The position numbers and the translations under genes were made by a program. DNA of 64,000 nt from Ginglymostoma cirratum (lineage: Eukaryota), in NCBI GenBank assembly GCA_024137785.1, contig JAHRHZ010000078.1, forward strand, positions 15,708,936-15,772,935. The letters are read 5' to 3'. Below, in pieces: positions 50,576 through 63,059 of this stretch (positions are counted from its first letter, which is position 1; each line of letters starts with the position of its first letter). The notes beneath the pieces are model-generated. The model had not been told where the DNA came from and searched no databases. It was given only the letters and a program-made list of their open reading frames with translations.

Positions 50576-52684
50576 AGGTAGCATTGTGTACACCTGACAT
50601 CTCTACTTTTACATTTCTACTGACCAGACCAAATTACTTTCATAGAAACTTCAGCCGACTTTAATCCCTGTACGGCCACTTCAGCAGCATGCACTAAGTT
50701 TTCAAACTTTCTTGGAATGCCTAAACCTTTCCTGAATAAAATTAATTTTCTACTACTGGATTTCCCTCAAATTAAAGTATGCCAGATGAATGAATGAATG
50801 AAATAGAAATTCAATTTCTCCAATTGCTGTTTAGGGTATTAAATGTGCATTTAAATATTCACAACCCCATTTCATTGAGTCAGATTTAATTTTTATCATG
50901 CTTGTAACAGTGTTTCACATTAAGCAGCATTCTCTTGGCTTTCTGAATTGAAACATATTCCTTTCACCTTTAAATCCTTAAGGTTTGAGCCTATGTCTTT
51001 GCAAATGAGATTTAAAAAAAAACAATTGTTGTTAAGGTCATGATGTGAAAATTTGGACTTCCCAAACTAATTAAGTTTTGAGTGGGTGTGGGGCCATAGG
51101 ATAAATCAGCTAATAATTAAATGCTATGCTAATTTATCAATCTCACCAGCATCCATTAGGAAAGCAAATAGGCAAAATGGAAATATCACATTGATTTAGT
51201 ACGTTACACTCCCTGTCTTGGGGAATTAGGGCACATTGTTTTATTAGCACAGGAAGATGTGTGAACTGGATCTAGACCATTTGGGAATGTATGATATTGG
51301 CATATTTGGCAAATAGACAAAAGCAATAAAATTTTGTTTCATAGCAGTATCATCACCCTCTTTAATGACAAGAAAATTGACGGCAGAAAACAAGCTATTC
51401 CAAGTTAAATTTGGTAAAAGATAGTTTCAAAACAAGCATTTTTCAATTTTGTTGGCATTGACTTTCCATCTGTCATCACTCATGTTTTTCACACCATTCT
51501 TCCACATATCCCAGGCTTGGCATAATATTTATGGTAGTAAATGTAAACCTAGTCAAAAATGACAGGTGTACTACAGAAAGCAGCCTCCATATTATTTACC
51601 CAAGAGACTTTCTTTCGAAAACCTAAATTGCACAGCACTGTGAAAGTAACTTTTCAGGAAGGTTAAATTGTTTTATAATCAAGCTTGTTTAGGATATGTC
51701 ATAATGAGTTGCTTTAAACTACTGCCCTCCACAAAAGGAACAGCACCATTTGAACAGTTGTAAGAATTTAAGATGCTGATCACCATAATTACTGTCTTTC
51801 TCCAGGATATTACAATAATGCAAAAGCATTATATGATTTCTTGTATTTTATCAATCTTACTTTGATCTTCTACATAACATTTACAGATTTTACCACACAT
51901 TTATTATTATTTTAAGACATAGCAGCATTTAAATTTAACAAGTCCTGAAATTGCACTACTGAATAAATATTTGAGTTGTGGAATTATTTTCCTTTAATCT
52001 TGACTTCATTTCACCAGAAACCATGGGGTGGTATGACAGGTCTCTGCCCACAATTGAGACTCCAATGAATGCTGCCAAGGGCCTAAGAATCCAAATTTTC
52101 ACACAGCATTCCTCAGACAATTCCAAATTGCAATAGTGCTGTGGAAATGAAAGCACAATGTGAAAGCAAGTACTTTGCATAAGGGGAAGTTGTCTGCGGC
52201 AGCTTTTGCTTGTCTTTACAAAAGAGGTTATAGAGTGCAAGTGTCAGAGGCTTAGGAGCAACTCAATCACTTGTTTGACATCTCAATGTAAGCATGATAC
52301 GAGGTACAGGGACACCTAGAAAAAAAACGAAAGGAAAGAGAAGATATATGTTCTAAATGCACTTTTAAAACTAAAAACGGTATCAATATCTAATGTACAA
52401 CGAATTATTCTTATTAACAAAGAGCTGCTGTGATCAGAATTAAAAATGTGATCTGTCAAATAGCATATCATGGAAACTTTGTACTGGTAAAACCATAGAC
52501 CTGAAAATGGCTTGCAAATTAAAGTACACTTTAAGAAATTGCTTTGAAGGCCACTTCTTTAAAGAGAAATTCATGTTTTAAAAAGCTCTGTGAATGCTAA
52601 AAAAAATTATCAGCTAAATTTATGTTTCTTTCTCTCTGTGGGTGGTAATCTGTATTATTTCTGTACCTAATAATAAAATAATAA

Positions 52685-53110
52685 CTCACTGTTATCTCAG
52701 CATCTGAGTTAGAGGATTGTTAGTTCAAGCCCCATTGAGTACCCGGGCATAATAACATCACTGACAATTCAGCACACTATAGGGGGAAGGGGATTTTCAG
52801 CTGAGACAATAAATCAAGGCACTGTCTGCCTGTTCTGGTACATCTGAAAAAGTTTGGCCCTATTAGTGGAAAAACAAGGGAATTTTCATGATGTCCAGCC
52901 AACATTAGTACTTCTTTGCAATCAATGTCACTGAAGTAGATAAACTAGTCACTTATCCCAATGCTACCTCCGTGGCATTGCAGGCACACATTATCTTTCA
53001 CATTTGCTTTGATTATAACATAGAACACACATTAAAAGTAATCGCAGGTGTGAAATGCTTTGAGACAGCCTGATGACACGAAATGTTCCATACAAGTGCG
53101 AACCCCCTTT
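52685..53110 (+). mobile_element. DeuSINE-like element, ancient
   Basis: tRNA-like head then ctgagacaataaatcaaggcactgtctgcctg Deu-domain-like core and aaatgctttgagaca...tacaagtgc tail. Confidence 0.65.
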
Positions 53111-53634
53111 GACACTTATTAAACGTTTCTTCCAGGACCTGTAAATTGCTTACTATGCAATTCATAAGTGCATCTCAAGGTTACTCTAAGATCCTAACAA
53201 TAATTCAACAAAACACAGTCTTGAACATACTCTTGTGCCTATCATGTGATCCATGCCTTTGGTTGTAAAGTACTTTAAGATGTTCGATGCTCATGAAAGA
53301 TGCAGTATAAGGTGGTATTTCATGAAAACAACCTCCTTCGGTAAGTAAGTCAGGAATGTGTTAATAATGACATTTTCAAATTTTGCCTTTATCTAGCTGT
53401 TTGTTTAGTTCAAGAGACTAGTCAATTAAATCAAATAGACTTCCAAAATGATATGACAAGTAAATTTGTTTTGAAGATTATGTTCGTGGACGCGAAGTTT
53501 CTGGATGATTTGACTTTGATTTTGAAAGATACATTTTTGATTTCCAACGTTCTCTGTTAACCTTAAAGAGATACAAGAGCAATATATGTGAAAAAAGGTT
53601 ATAAATCAGAAACTGTACTCCAGCTAAGACCATA

Positions 53635-53850
53635 AAACCATAAGATCGTAAGAAATAGCAACGGGAATAGGCTGTTCAACCCCTTGAGCCTGCTCCACCG
53701 TTCAATAAGATCATGGCTGATTCAACATTCCTCAAATCCACTTGCCTGCATTTTCCCATGGCCCTTGATTCCCCTACTGATTGATTTCATCTTTAAATAA
53801 ACACAAGGACTCTGTCTGACAGCACACTGTGGTAAGGAGTTCCAAAGGCT
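53635..53850 (-). mobile_element. CR1 3' UTR fragment
   Basis: gagcctgctccaccgttcaataagatcatggctga, reverse complement of the tail at 28690-28760. Confidence 0.8.
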
Positions 53851-54559
53851 AGTACACCACACCTTTAATCAAGGGAACTCCACACTGGAAATTTCAATAA
53901 AATGGATAGGAATTTGGTACGGGCAATCTGTTCCACTTGGCTAAAACCAGGTATTGGAGGTCTAAATCATTTGACAAACATGTGACAAATAGGCAATTCC
54001 TTAATGCTGTGAGAAGGTGACAAAATATTGGCTCCTACACTACTGGCAAGTCATACATGAAAAGGGAAGGCAATTTCGAAGGACTAACAATTGGCCAGCA
54101 GCAAGCCACAACACTTCTGTGGGTTCAGAAAAGTTACACTGGCTCTTCCCACAAAAAAAGACAAAAACAATTTACAAAGGAATTGTAATTTTTTAAAGGA
54201 TTAAACATGTGCCTTGTACAAATTAGTAGAGGATGTGTGATACACATCCTTAATATTGGGCACGTCAAAATTGCATGCACGGCCCTCCATGGCGTAATTA
54301 GCAGCTTACCCCTTGAATAATTGGGTGCATTGTTTGTCCATTTACAGGCTTGCCAAAAAATTATACATGAGTTTAGGATCCTGGATGTCCAAGGAATAGC
54401 TGAGGTAACAGGGTTTACCTCGACCTTAGGAAATGCTATATGATCAGATATAATGGGTGGAATGATACCAACTTATTCCCTTCCATGATGATGGGATCAC
54501 TTTTGAGTTAGGACTTGTAGGACAGCACACTTAACAGTTGCTGTTATTGCAGACAACAT

Positions 54560-55620
54560 CAATTGTCATCCCTTCCTAATCAAGCAGACCATGACGTGTC
54601 AGAGAAATTTAGCAGGACTGGAGTTTTAAAATTGCAGCAAGATGAGGAAACCTGAGGAAGCAGCACACCAAGGGACATCTCACCGTTATCTGGTGGTTGT
54701 TCTAAGAGATCTGGGGGAGTGAAGTGAGATGAGGCTCCATGTGGGATAGGAAGAAGTAGAAAACCTGTCAAAACCAAGCAAACATGAAAGAAAGTGGTGG
54801 AAATGAGGAGTCAATGTGTGCTCCCTCCAACTTGGAGACAGTGCACCAAGAAGAATTCAGAAGGCCATGACAGGTGAGTTGTACAACACTTTCAAATACC
54901 AAGCTCCATCCTTTGACTTGCCCAACATTCTTCTGCACAATTTGCTTCAAGTTAATACACTAATATCATTCAATCCCGCTCTATAGGCTTTTCACATTCC
55001 CACCTGTACAACCAATATTTATGAGCCTCACATTACCCTCCACAAATAGTATGAATTTTTCTTCTGCACATAAGCCATTACAAACCCACTCACTTTTTTT
55101 TCACAATTTAAATAGGGACACTGTTTTAAAATTAGAGGTCTCCCATTTAAGATGGAGATGAAGACAATTTGAAAGAGTCGTGAATCCCTGGAATTCTCTT
55201 CTTCAGAGAGAGCAGTGGAAGCAGGGCTTTGAATATTTTTAAGGCAGAGGAAAATAACTAACAAGAGGGTTAAACAATATGGGTAATGGACAGGAGAGTG
55301 GAGTTGATGGCATGATCTTATCAACTGACTGAGCAAATGTGAGGGGCTGAATAGTCTACTCCTGTTCCTAATCACACATTTGCAACTGGTGAGAGACAGA
55401 GACTGGAAGATTGATGGGGTGGGAAGAAGGATGGAGAGATATCCAAAATAGGCAACTTGATAGCCAATGGCAGTGCATGCCCACCTGATCCACCAGTAGA
55501 ATAATCTTGTTCTCAGAGTTTGCTAATGTGAGTAATGATCTGTCACAACAGCCCACATGTCCTGGGGCTCATGCATGTGGAGGGTACTGTTCTTCTTCCT
55601 CTAAGCTCGAAATTGGTGGT
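54560..55620 (-). pseudogene. Decayed Harbinger-type DDE transposase remnants, interrupted by CR1 3' end (55110-55370, +)
   Basis: Minus-strand GGSGGHALPLAIK (about 55450-55500) and IVQKNVGQVK...LYNSP (about 54860-54945) resemble N- and C-terminal Harbinger transposase motifs. Confidence 0.45.
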
Positions 55621-56156
55621 CTTACCTTTACCCAACTGGTTCTCAGTGTCCATTTCCTCTGCCTTTGAAGGGGCGTGCAGTTCAGAAGAAGAAAGCAGAT
55701 GGTTCTGTTACTGTTGTTGCTGATGTGGCTGTTGGAGCAGTAGGTTCTGTTGGGGCCCCCACCCTCATCTCTCATCAGAGGTGGAAAGTGGAGATGCACA
55801 AAATTCTCCCATGCTGTTATGGAGACTGTGAGAGTAGTGCAGCCAAAAGCTAAGTTAAATCTGGATAGGTGACATGCCTTGCATGCATTTGGCATTCATT
55901 TCCAAAGCAGTGATAGCACTCTGTCAGAAGGTGTGCTTTGTACAGCAGTATCTCATATGACCATGTTTGGAGCTTTGCAGTCGAAATGATTGGAAGCTTC
56001 AGAGCTTCTCATTTTCACTGAACAAGATTTTGTTTGGTAACCCAGGCAAGTTGCTGACAGATCAGAAAACATGTTGCATAGCTGGGAAATTCACAAATCT
56101 GAGTTAGGCGACTTCATAACATTTTCAACAGCTAGTTAAATACTTACCAGACAGGT

Positions 56157-56388
56157 CACAGAGGGTGGTAGGTGCCTGGAACGCGTTGCCAGCAGAGGTA
56201 GTAGAGGCAGGCACGGTAGATTCATTTAAGGTGCGTCTGGACAGATGCATGAGTAGGTGGGGAGCAGAGGGATACAGATCCTTAGGAATTGGGTGATACG
56301 TTTAGACAATGGATTTGGATCAGCATAGGCTTGGAGGGCTGAAGGGCCTGTTCCTGGGCTGTAAGTTTTCTTTGTTCTTTGTTCTTTG
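56157..56388 (+). mobile_element. 3'-terminal fragment of the same young CR1 family as 17918-20562
   Basis: Nearly identical to 20330-20562, including the (TTCTTTG)n tail. Confidence 0.95.
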
Positions 56389-57867
56389 TCCAAAATGGTT
56401 CCCTATTTCTTTTCAATGCCACCCAAGGCACGTTGGAAGAGGGCAGAATCCTGACTTGGCATCAATTTCCAAGAATTTCCTATACAGGTCATTCATGAAC
56501 CCACCTCCTTCTGGCTGAGAAATTGCTGCCCGATACATGCAAAATTATACTCTGTTAAGGAACAAAAGTTCAATGATAGAAGTACATTTTTGGCATAGAG
56601 CTTGTGAGAAATAGCTAGACAGACTTTAAAAAGTTAACATTATTGAAAATATTGTATCCTCTTAAGGCAATGCAAAATATCTTAATTATTAAAGCAGTTG
56701 TTTAACAATAAGTGCTTTTTAATTTTTTTTCTGGTTAGGCCACCCATCCCTAATTGCCTTGGAACTGTTAGTTTACTAAGCTTTCATATGTCCATCATTT
56801 GTAGTGTTTTTAGTCCCAGCCACTTTAATCTAATTGGCTCCTTCAAGTCTCCTATTCAGCAGCAACAGAGGTTAGCCAGGGAAATGGTTGTGCTTATTAT
56901 GAAATATTGTAAGGTGGTCAAGGAACAATGGTCATTAAATGTTTGAATAGTGTGCACATTCTATAATGCCATGTACAGAATGAAAGCAATTTGAAAATCG
57001 TACATCATCCCTTCCAATCTCTGCGGCAAAACAACACAGCCTGCTGTATAATCCCAAATTTTGAGAAACCTCCTCACTCACATGGGGTCACAGTAACAAT
57101 TATAGCTATAATGGTTAAGTGGGCAATGCCAATTACTTCAGAAAAAGGCAGACACACTTAATGTTTTCCTGCATGGAATTTTTTAAAAATGATTTTTGTC
57201 AGTTAAACAAAGTGCTCATTGCAAGCGTTTTGGATAAATTAGAACAGAGCTATGGAGTTTTAAAATAAATATTTAAACAGTTAAATGAAGTGAGAGGTCA
57301 CCCATATTTCAGATTACACCTGAATCCACCCATTCATGTACAAGGACATTGCCTCCAATATATATTTTCACAAGGATAAGAAACCTTCTGTTGCATAAAC
57401 ATTGATGTGTTTGGTCTGTGGTGCATACTCTTGCCAGCAAGGGATGTAAAAAGAACTATCAATAAGTTTGCTTCACACCTTAGGTTTTCATGAATATTAA
57501 ACTTGCTGAAATTAAAGTCTGTTTCTTCTACAGCTAATAACCGAACATGCAAACGATACTTCTTCAAAAGCTTGAGAAACCTACTGAAGAAGAAATCTCT
57601 AACAGTTCAAAAAGTAAAAAACGTCTATAACTTGTTGAAGTACAGCATCTAAAAGCATCTGCTGGTGGATAGAATTGTACTTGCACACATAGGTATCTTG
57701 TTACATTTTTGGTTTGACACATTACTAAAAGTTCAAACTGATTTTATTGCACTAGGGAAACAAAGCATTCCCGGAATCTGAGTGAATAAGGCCAGAAGTG
57801 TGTTATGTTCCAACCCAATCAAACAGAAGGATTATGAAATAAATAGCAAAAAAGTGGACAAACAGTT

Positions 57868-58368
57868 CAGGGTTTGAGTGAAGATTTGTAGCTCGGGTGC
57901 TGGTTGTAGATGTTGGTGTGTTCACGGAGCTGGGAGGTTTGATAGCAGACATTTCGTCCCTTTACCAGGTGCCATCCTCAGTGCTGTGGAGCCTCCTGTG
58001 AAATGCTGTTGTCTTGCGCTGGTTCGAATTTATACGATCTGGTTTTTGCTGCTTCCGGTAGGTGCTGGTTCCGGTGTGTGTTGTAATGGTTCATACATCG
58101 GGTCTAATTCAATGTGTTTGTTAATGGAGTCTGCGGATGAATGCCAAGCCTCCAAGAATTCCCTGGCTGTCCTCTGTTTGGCTTGTCCAATGATAGTAGT
58201 GTTGTCCCAGTTGAAAGTGTGGTTTTTCTCGTCTGTCTGTATTGAAACCAAGGACTTCTGGTCATGTTGTTTCATTGCTAGCTGGTGTTTGTGGATGCGG
58301 GTTGCTAGTTGTCTGCCTGTTTGTCCCACATAGTGTCTTGTGCAGTCTCCGCATGGTATCCTGTAAAC
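57868..58368 (-). mobile_element. Third-family PLE 3' end (Penelope/Poseidon-like GIY-YIG)
   Basis: ORF 58030..58371 VYRIPCGDCTRHYVGQTGRQLATRIHKH...REFLEAWHS...SINKHIELDPMY, followed by a hammerhead motif. Confidence 0.9.
57944..57985 (-). ncRNA. Hammerhead ribozyme motif (partly decayed)
   Basis: AGCA-CUGAGGA-UGGCACCUGGUAAAGGGAC-GAAAUGUC-UGCU; helix I AGCA/UGCU. Confidence 0.7.
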
Positions 58369-58689
58369 CATGAGAAACAGTATAACATACAGTGGATGAA
58401 TTCAAATACATAAAAGGTACAAGAAGAAATTTTTAAAATCTCCAACAGCAATTCATACCTGAAGGAGTGATACCCCACACTGGTAAGAAATACCAATCAC
58501 TGCCAGACAGATTAATTGTCAGTAATTAGCACTTGTCATGAATAGGGCATATAAATGTGAAATGACTGTGACCAGTTTACCTCATAATTACCCAACAAAT
58601 ATGGTCAATCCACTCCATCCAATGGAAGCCAATGGTGTGGCAGTAGCATGGTTCCAGTTTAGCAAAGCAATAGGCAAATGGCAGTGTGG

Positions 58690-58900
58690 GAGACCATGGT
58701 GAAGTGGTAATGTCAGTGGACTGGTAATCCTGTGGCACAGATCAATGCTTTGGGGACACAGGTTCAAATCACAACATGGCAACAGGTTAAAATTTAAAGG
58801 GTCTTGTGGCGTAATAATGGCACAGTAACAACCTACATCTGAACTAGAAGGTCCAGGCTAAGTCCCATTTGTCCCAGAGATCTGTTACAGCATGTTCCAA
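58690..58900 (+). mobile_element. SINE 5' head fragments
   Basis: catggtgaagtggtaatgtcagtggactggtaatcc...ggttcaaatc, homologous to 5335-5450. Confidence 0.55.
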
Positions 58901-59174
58901 GATTCATTAAAATAATGAAAAGAAAATGTTGCAACATTGACTTCACTTTTCATAGTTGCAATTTACCACACATCCCTTATCTTAAGTTGTTGTACCATTT
59001 GTGATTAAATAACACAGATACTGTTAGCCTCAACGTGTTTTTCAAAAGATAACTCTGGGCAAAAATCTTAAAGTTATACTTTACTTCATGGAATTTAGAA
59101 GAGAATTGAATGCATTTGGAAGAATTTAAATAATCCATTTATATAGATGCACAAGAAGATAAAGTACTTCACTA

Positions 59175-59357
59175 GCTGGAAATCCAAAACTAAAAACATA
59201 AAATGCTGGAAATGCTCAAAAGGTCAGACAAAATCTCTAAAAAGAACAGATATTTTCTATTCATATCCTTCTTCACAACTCTAGCCATGCTGCTTTCTAT
59301 CTACAGATGCTGCCAGGCCTGCTGAGTTTCTCCTGCAATTTCTGTTTTTGTTTCAGG
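59175..59357. mobile_element. Old fold-back pLTR mini-element
   Basis: aaaacataaaatgctggaaatgctcaaaaggtcagac is inverted to gccaggcctgctgagtttctcctgcaatttctgtttttg. Confidence 0.65.
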
Positions 59358-59486
59358 TAAAGTGTGAGACCAGCATTACAGATAAGTGAAGCAATCATTG
59401 ATAGTCTGGCCAAAAAGGGGTTGTATTAGCTGCCCCTTCTCTTCTTTGTCCTCTTCCTCCTTTTTCTTCAAGTGCTTGCAGTATAG

Positions 59487-60155
59487 GAACATAGGAGCAT
59501 GATTAAGCCATTCAGCCCCTCAAGCACTCTATTATTTTAGATCATGGATGATCATTTATGTCAAGGCTCATCTTCTTACACTGCTCTCCTGACATCAGTA
59601 GAAATCTGTTAATCTTTGATACTCAATGACTGAGCTTCCGCAGCTTTCCCTGATAGATTCTCCACCCTCTGAAGGAAGAAATCCTCCTCATTTCAGTTTA
59701 AAATGGCTTTCCCCTTACTCAGAGATTATTTTCCCCATATCTAGAGCTGCCCAGACATGGGAAACATATTTTTGCATCTACCCTTTCACCCTTTTTAGGA
59801 ATTTAGTAAATTTTAATGAGATAACCACTCATTCTTCTAAACTCCGGAGAGAACTGGCACAGACCGTACTCTCTGGAGCACAGTCCCACCATTCCAGGAA
59901 TTAGTTGAGTGAACTTCTGCTGCAGTCCTTTATGGAAAATATATCCTTTCTCAAGTAAGAGGAGTGAAACTGCACACAGTACTCCAGGTGGAATTGTAGC
60001 AGGGCTCTGTACAATTGAAGCAGGGCAACTTTGCTCCTGTATTCAAATCGGTTTACAATAAAGGTCAACTTACCACTTGCTTTCCAAATTACTTGGTGAC
60101 CCTCTATGTTAGCTTTTGGTAACATATGAACAAGCACAGCAAGGTCTCTTTGAAC
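59487..60155 (-). mobile_element. CR1 3' fragment
   Basis: ORF 59901..60227 FEYRSKVALLQLYRAL...HLEYCVQF...YLRKDI. Confidence 0.88.
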
Positions 60156-60476
60156 ATAGTTGGTGGCAAAGGCAAGTCCCTCATGATAGTTACACAGCAT
60201 GTGGCAAACCAGCATGAATCTTGACAAGTACTTTGCAATTATTCAGGCTGACTCTACCTGATTACTTCTGACAAAGACAATAAATAGTTTTAGCTTTCTT
60301 GGAATATTGGAACTGAGTAGCATTCCCCATATGATGGTGGACAGCAAGCTGAAAAATGTTCAAAATATCACTTGGTAGGTGTTAGATGTGTGAACGTTTG
60401 CAACCCATTCAACACCATTCTGCCCTTCTTTGACGCTGCAGCTAGTGGCATGGTTTTGCGGCTGCTCAACAACAGT

Positions 60477-62039
60477 TGAATCAACAGTTAATCTGTTTTT
60501 GGTGGTAGTTCAGCAGAGAATTTTGCTCATCTCACCAGGAGATGTTCCTCCTCTTCCGGTAGTTCTTGGCATCCTTTGTACCCCCCTGAATCACTGTAAT
60601 AGGCAGATGTTGATCTGAAGACTTAGCAACTTCACCAACACAAAGTTACGTCAGCATAAACATATACAGAACTAGAATCTTGTCTTGCAAACCCACAGCT
60701 TTAAGCCAAGCTGGGAATACCAATCATCCCAACAACAGGTCCAACTGTACAAAGCTAGGACAAGAAATAGGCTGAGCAATGAACTCCAAAATGGCAAAAT
60801 TGCCATCAAATTAGTATTATTCTGAATCCTTCTGTTGGACGCTGTAGGCATGCCATGAAAATCCTTAACAACATAGAAAATGAAGTAGCACACGCAAAAG
60901 TGTGCGAATGTGTTGTGGGCATTATTTTTGGAGGTGACATGGCACTGCCAAAATAAAAAAAAATGAGCCCTAGGTGGCAAATATTGCAGTCTTGGTTATA
61001 CTGAGCTGTGTAAAGTGTTTAGCTTGTGAACTATATTTATACTTGCTGCAAGTTAAATTATCCCCCCAGTCCCTCCACTTTTTAGGGTTTTTCCAGTAAC
61101 CCTGCCAATGAAGCCAAGAGATAATGGAGGTCACCTGAAGATAGTCTGATAAGATCAAAACTCATCTACCAATCCTTCTCCCAAGAGCGAAATTTCAGCA
61201 GACCACAAGATTGCCTCACATGAATCAAATTTTTCCCAACTGAAGTGTAGCTATTTTATTCGGTCAAAGATGAAAGACCGCTGATATCTTCAGATATTGC
61301 TGGTAACATAAAAGGCACATTTACATGTGTTCCAAAATGTGACAAGAGTTATATTACTTTAAGAGAAAGCCTTCTCACATCTGTAAACTGACTTAGATTC
61401 TAATGGAGAAAGACTGATGACTTTCATACCTATTCCTCAGTTGTAAGTTCAACAAAGCTTGTATTATTTTTGCCACTGATTCAGATCCATAGGAAAAAAC
61501 AGTTACCCTTCAGTGGTATTTCCTTAAATATGAAGAGTTTTGTGACAACTTTGAGCACAATAAGAAAAATCTTGCCTTTTTGTGCAGTGCTACATGTTAT
61601 AGCTGGTGCTTAATACCTAGGCTGGAGCTGCTGTTGTATTAATAACAGCCTTTCACACATTGTCTCCTAATATTGATTAATATGGCTGCACCAGTTGGTT
61701 AGCAGTCAAATCTGATATATTTAAATCTATTCCAATATTATTTCATTAAAAAATTGTTTTACTCATTTCAACTGACTATATAAATGGGATGATTGGTATT
61801 CCCAGCTTGGCTTAAAGCTGTGGGTTTGCAAGACAAGATTCTAGTTCTGTATATGTTTATGCTGACGTAACTTTGTGTTGGTGAAGTTGCTAAGTCTTCA
61901 GATCAACATCTGCCTATTACGGTGATTCAGGGGGGTACAAAGGATGCCAAGAACTACCGGAAGAGGAGGAACATCTCCTGGTGAGATGAGCAAAATTCTC
62001 TGCTGAACTACCACCAAAAACAGATTAACTGTTGATTCA
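60477..62039. repeat. 255-bp near-perfect inverted repeat (60477-60731 / 61785-62039), 1053-bp spacer
   Basis: One mismatch seen (tcactgtaat vs tcaccgtaat). Left copy flanked by caacaacag (60467-60475 / 60730-60738). Confidence 0.97.
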
Positions 62040-62125
62040 TTTCATTACCTTTGTGATGCACTGGTAATGTGAGACAAAAGCTGGAGACCTGCAGCTCACT
62101 CAAAAGTAGGTCTTTGGCCTCATCA
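61770..62125 (+). mobile_element. Ancient DeuSINE-like element (donor of the inverted copy)
   Basis: aagctgtgggttt head, aaaacagattaactg core; SINE-like sequence continues past 62039 (...cactcaaaagtaggtctttggc). Confidence 0.55.
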
Positions 62126-63059
62126 GCATATTACAGTGCATTGTCAATATTATTCCACAAATACCAAATTGTGCTAGCAGTTGCCCAGCAATGGCCATTA
62201 GGAAGGACCTGAAATGTGAGGGGCAAGAGAATAGAAATGGTGTGATTGTGAGCCAGCAGCTGCCCTCAAGAATCTATTAAGGCAAGGTTAATCACAGCTA
62301 AACACTCAACTCCAAAATTCAGCACCACAGGCAGATAATTTTTTTCATTTTTTAAATTATTTGACTGTATGTAGATCTAAGAAGATAAGCACTGATCAGT
62401 TTCCCCGATGAGTCCTAAATTCCATTGGAACCATCACAAACAAGTTAAAGAACACATCTGCCCACAAAGACCACCCAAGAAACTTTAAAATTGTTTAAGG
62501 CAACTGTAGTATGCAATGTATTTCAAGCATCCTTAAGACCCTAGAATATTGGATCTTATAAAATTTGATTGATGTTTGATATTCAGCAGTTTTGTTTTTC
62601 AATATTTTTGTACAGGTTACTGTTTAACAGTGATTATTATTTAACAGTAATGCCCGAGGACTGTGTTATGATTCTAAGCTAAATTGTCTTTTTTGTTGAG
62701 TCTAAAAGCAGTCCCTGTTCGCCTGTCCTATTTCAAATTATTTTATCAGTGCTTGTGGGTCTAAATGACAAGAAGAAACTATGCCCAAAGCCACTGAATG
62801 GCAACTACACTTTATATGTGACTTTTGCTATGTTGAAGGTGTGTCATTCACCCACAGGGGTGGATAAAAAAAATACAATTATTGTTATGCCTTAGAACCA
62901 TTTAAAATGTAACTGATAGCAATAGTGATCGAACTGTCTTCAACTGTTTCATTCATGATGTACCTTCCATCATAAAATCACAAGTGGAGATGTTCTACAA
63001 TGATTGCACCATTTGGGGCTCCTCAGATACTGAAACAGTCCATTTCCAAATGTGACAAG

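Noticed and set aside
54230-54250. 9-bp hairpin aggatgtgt-gat-acacatcct
   Set aside because: Too short to exceed chance in 64 kb without other support.
60477-62039. DNA transposon with 255-bp TIRs
   Set aside because: No TSD outside the pair, no transposase in the spacer; the TSD flanks only the left arm.
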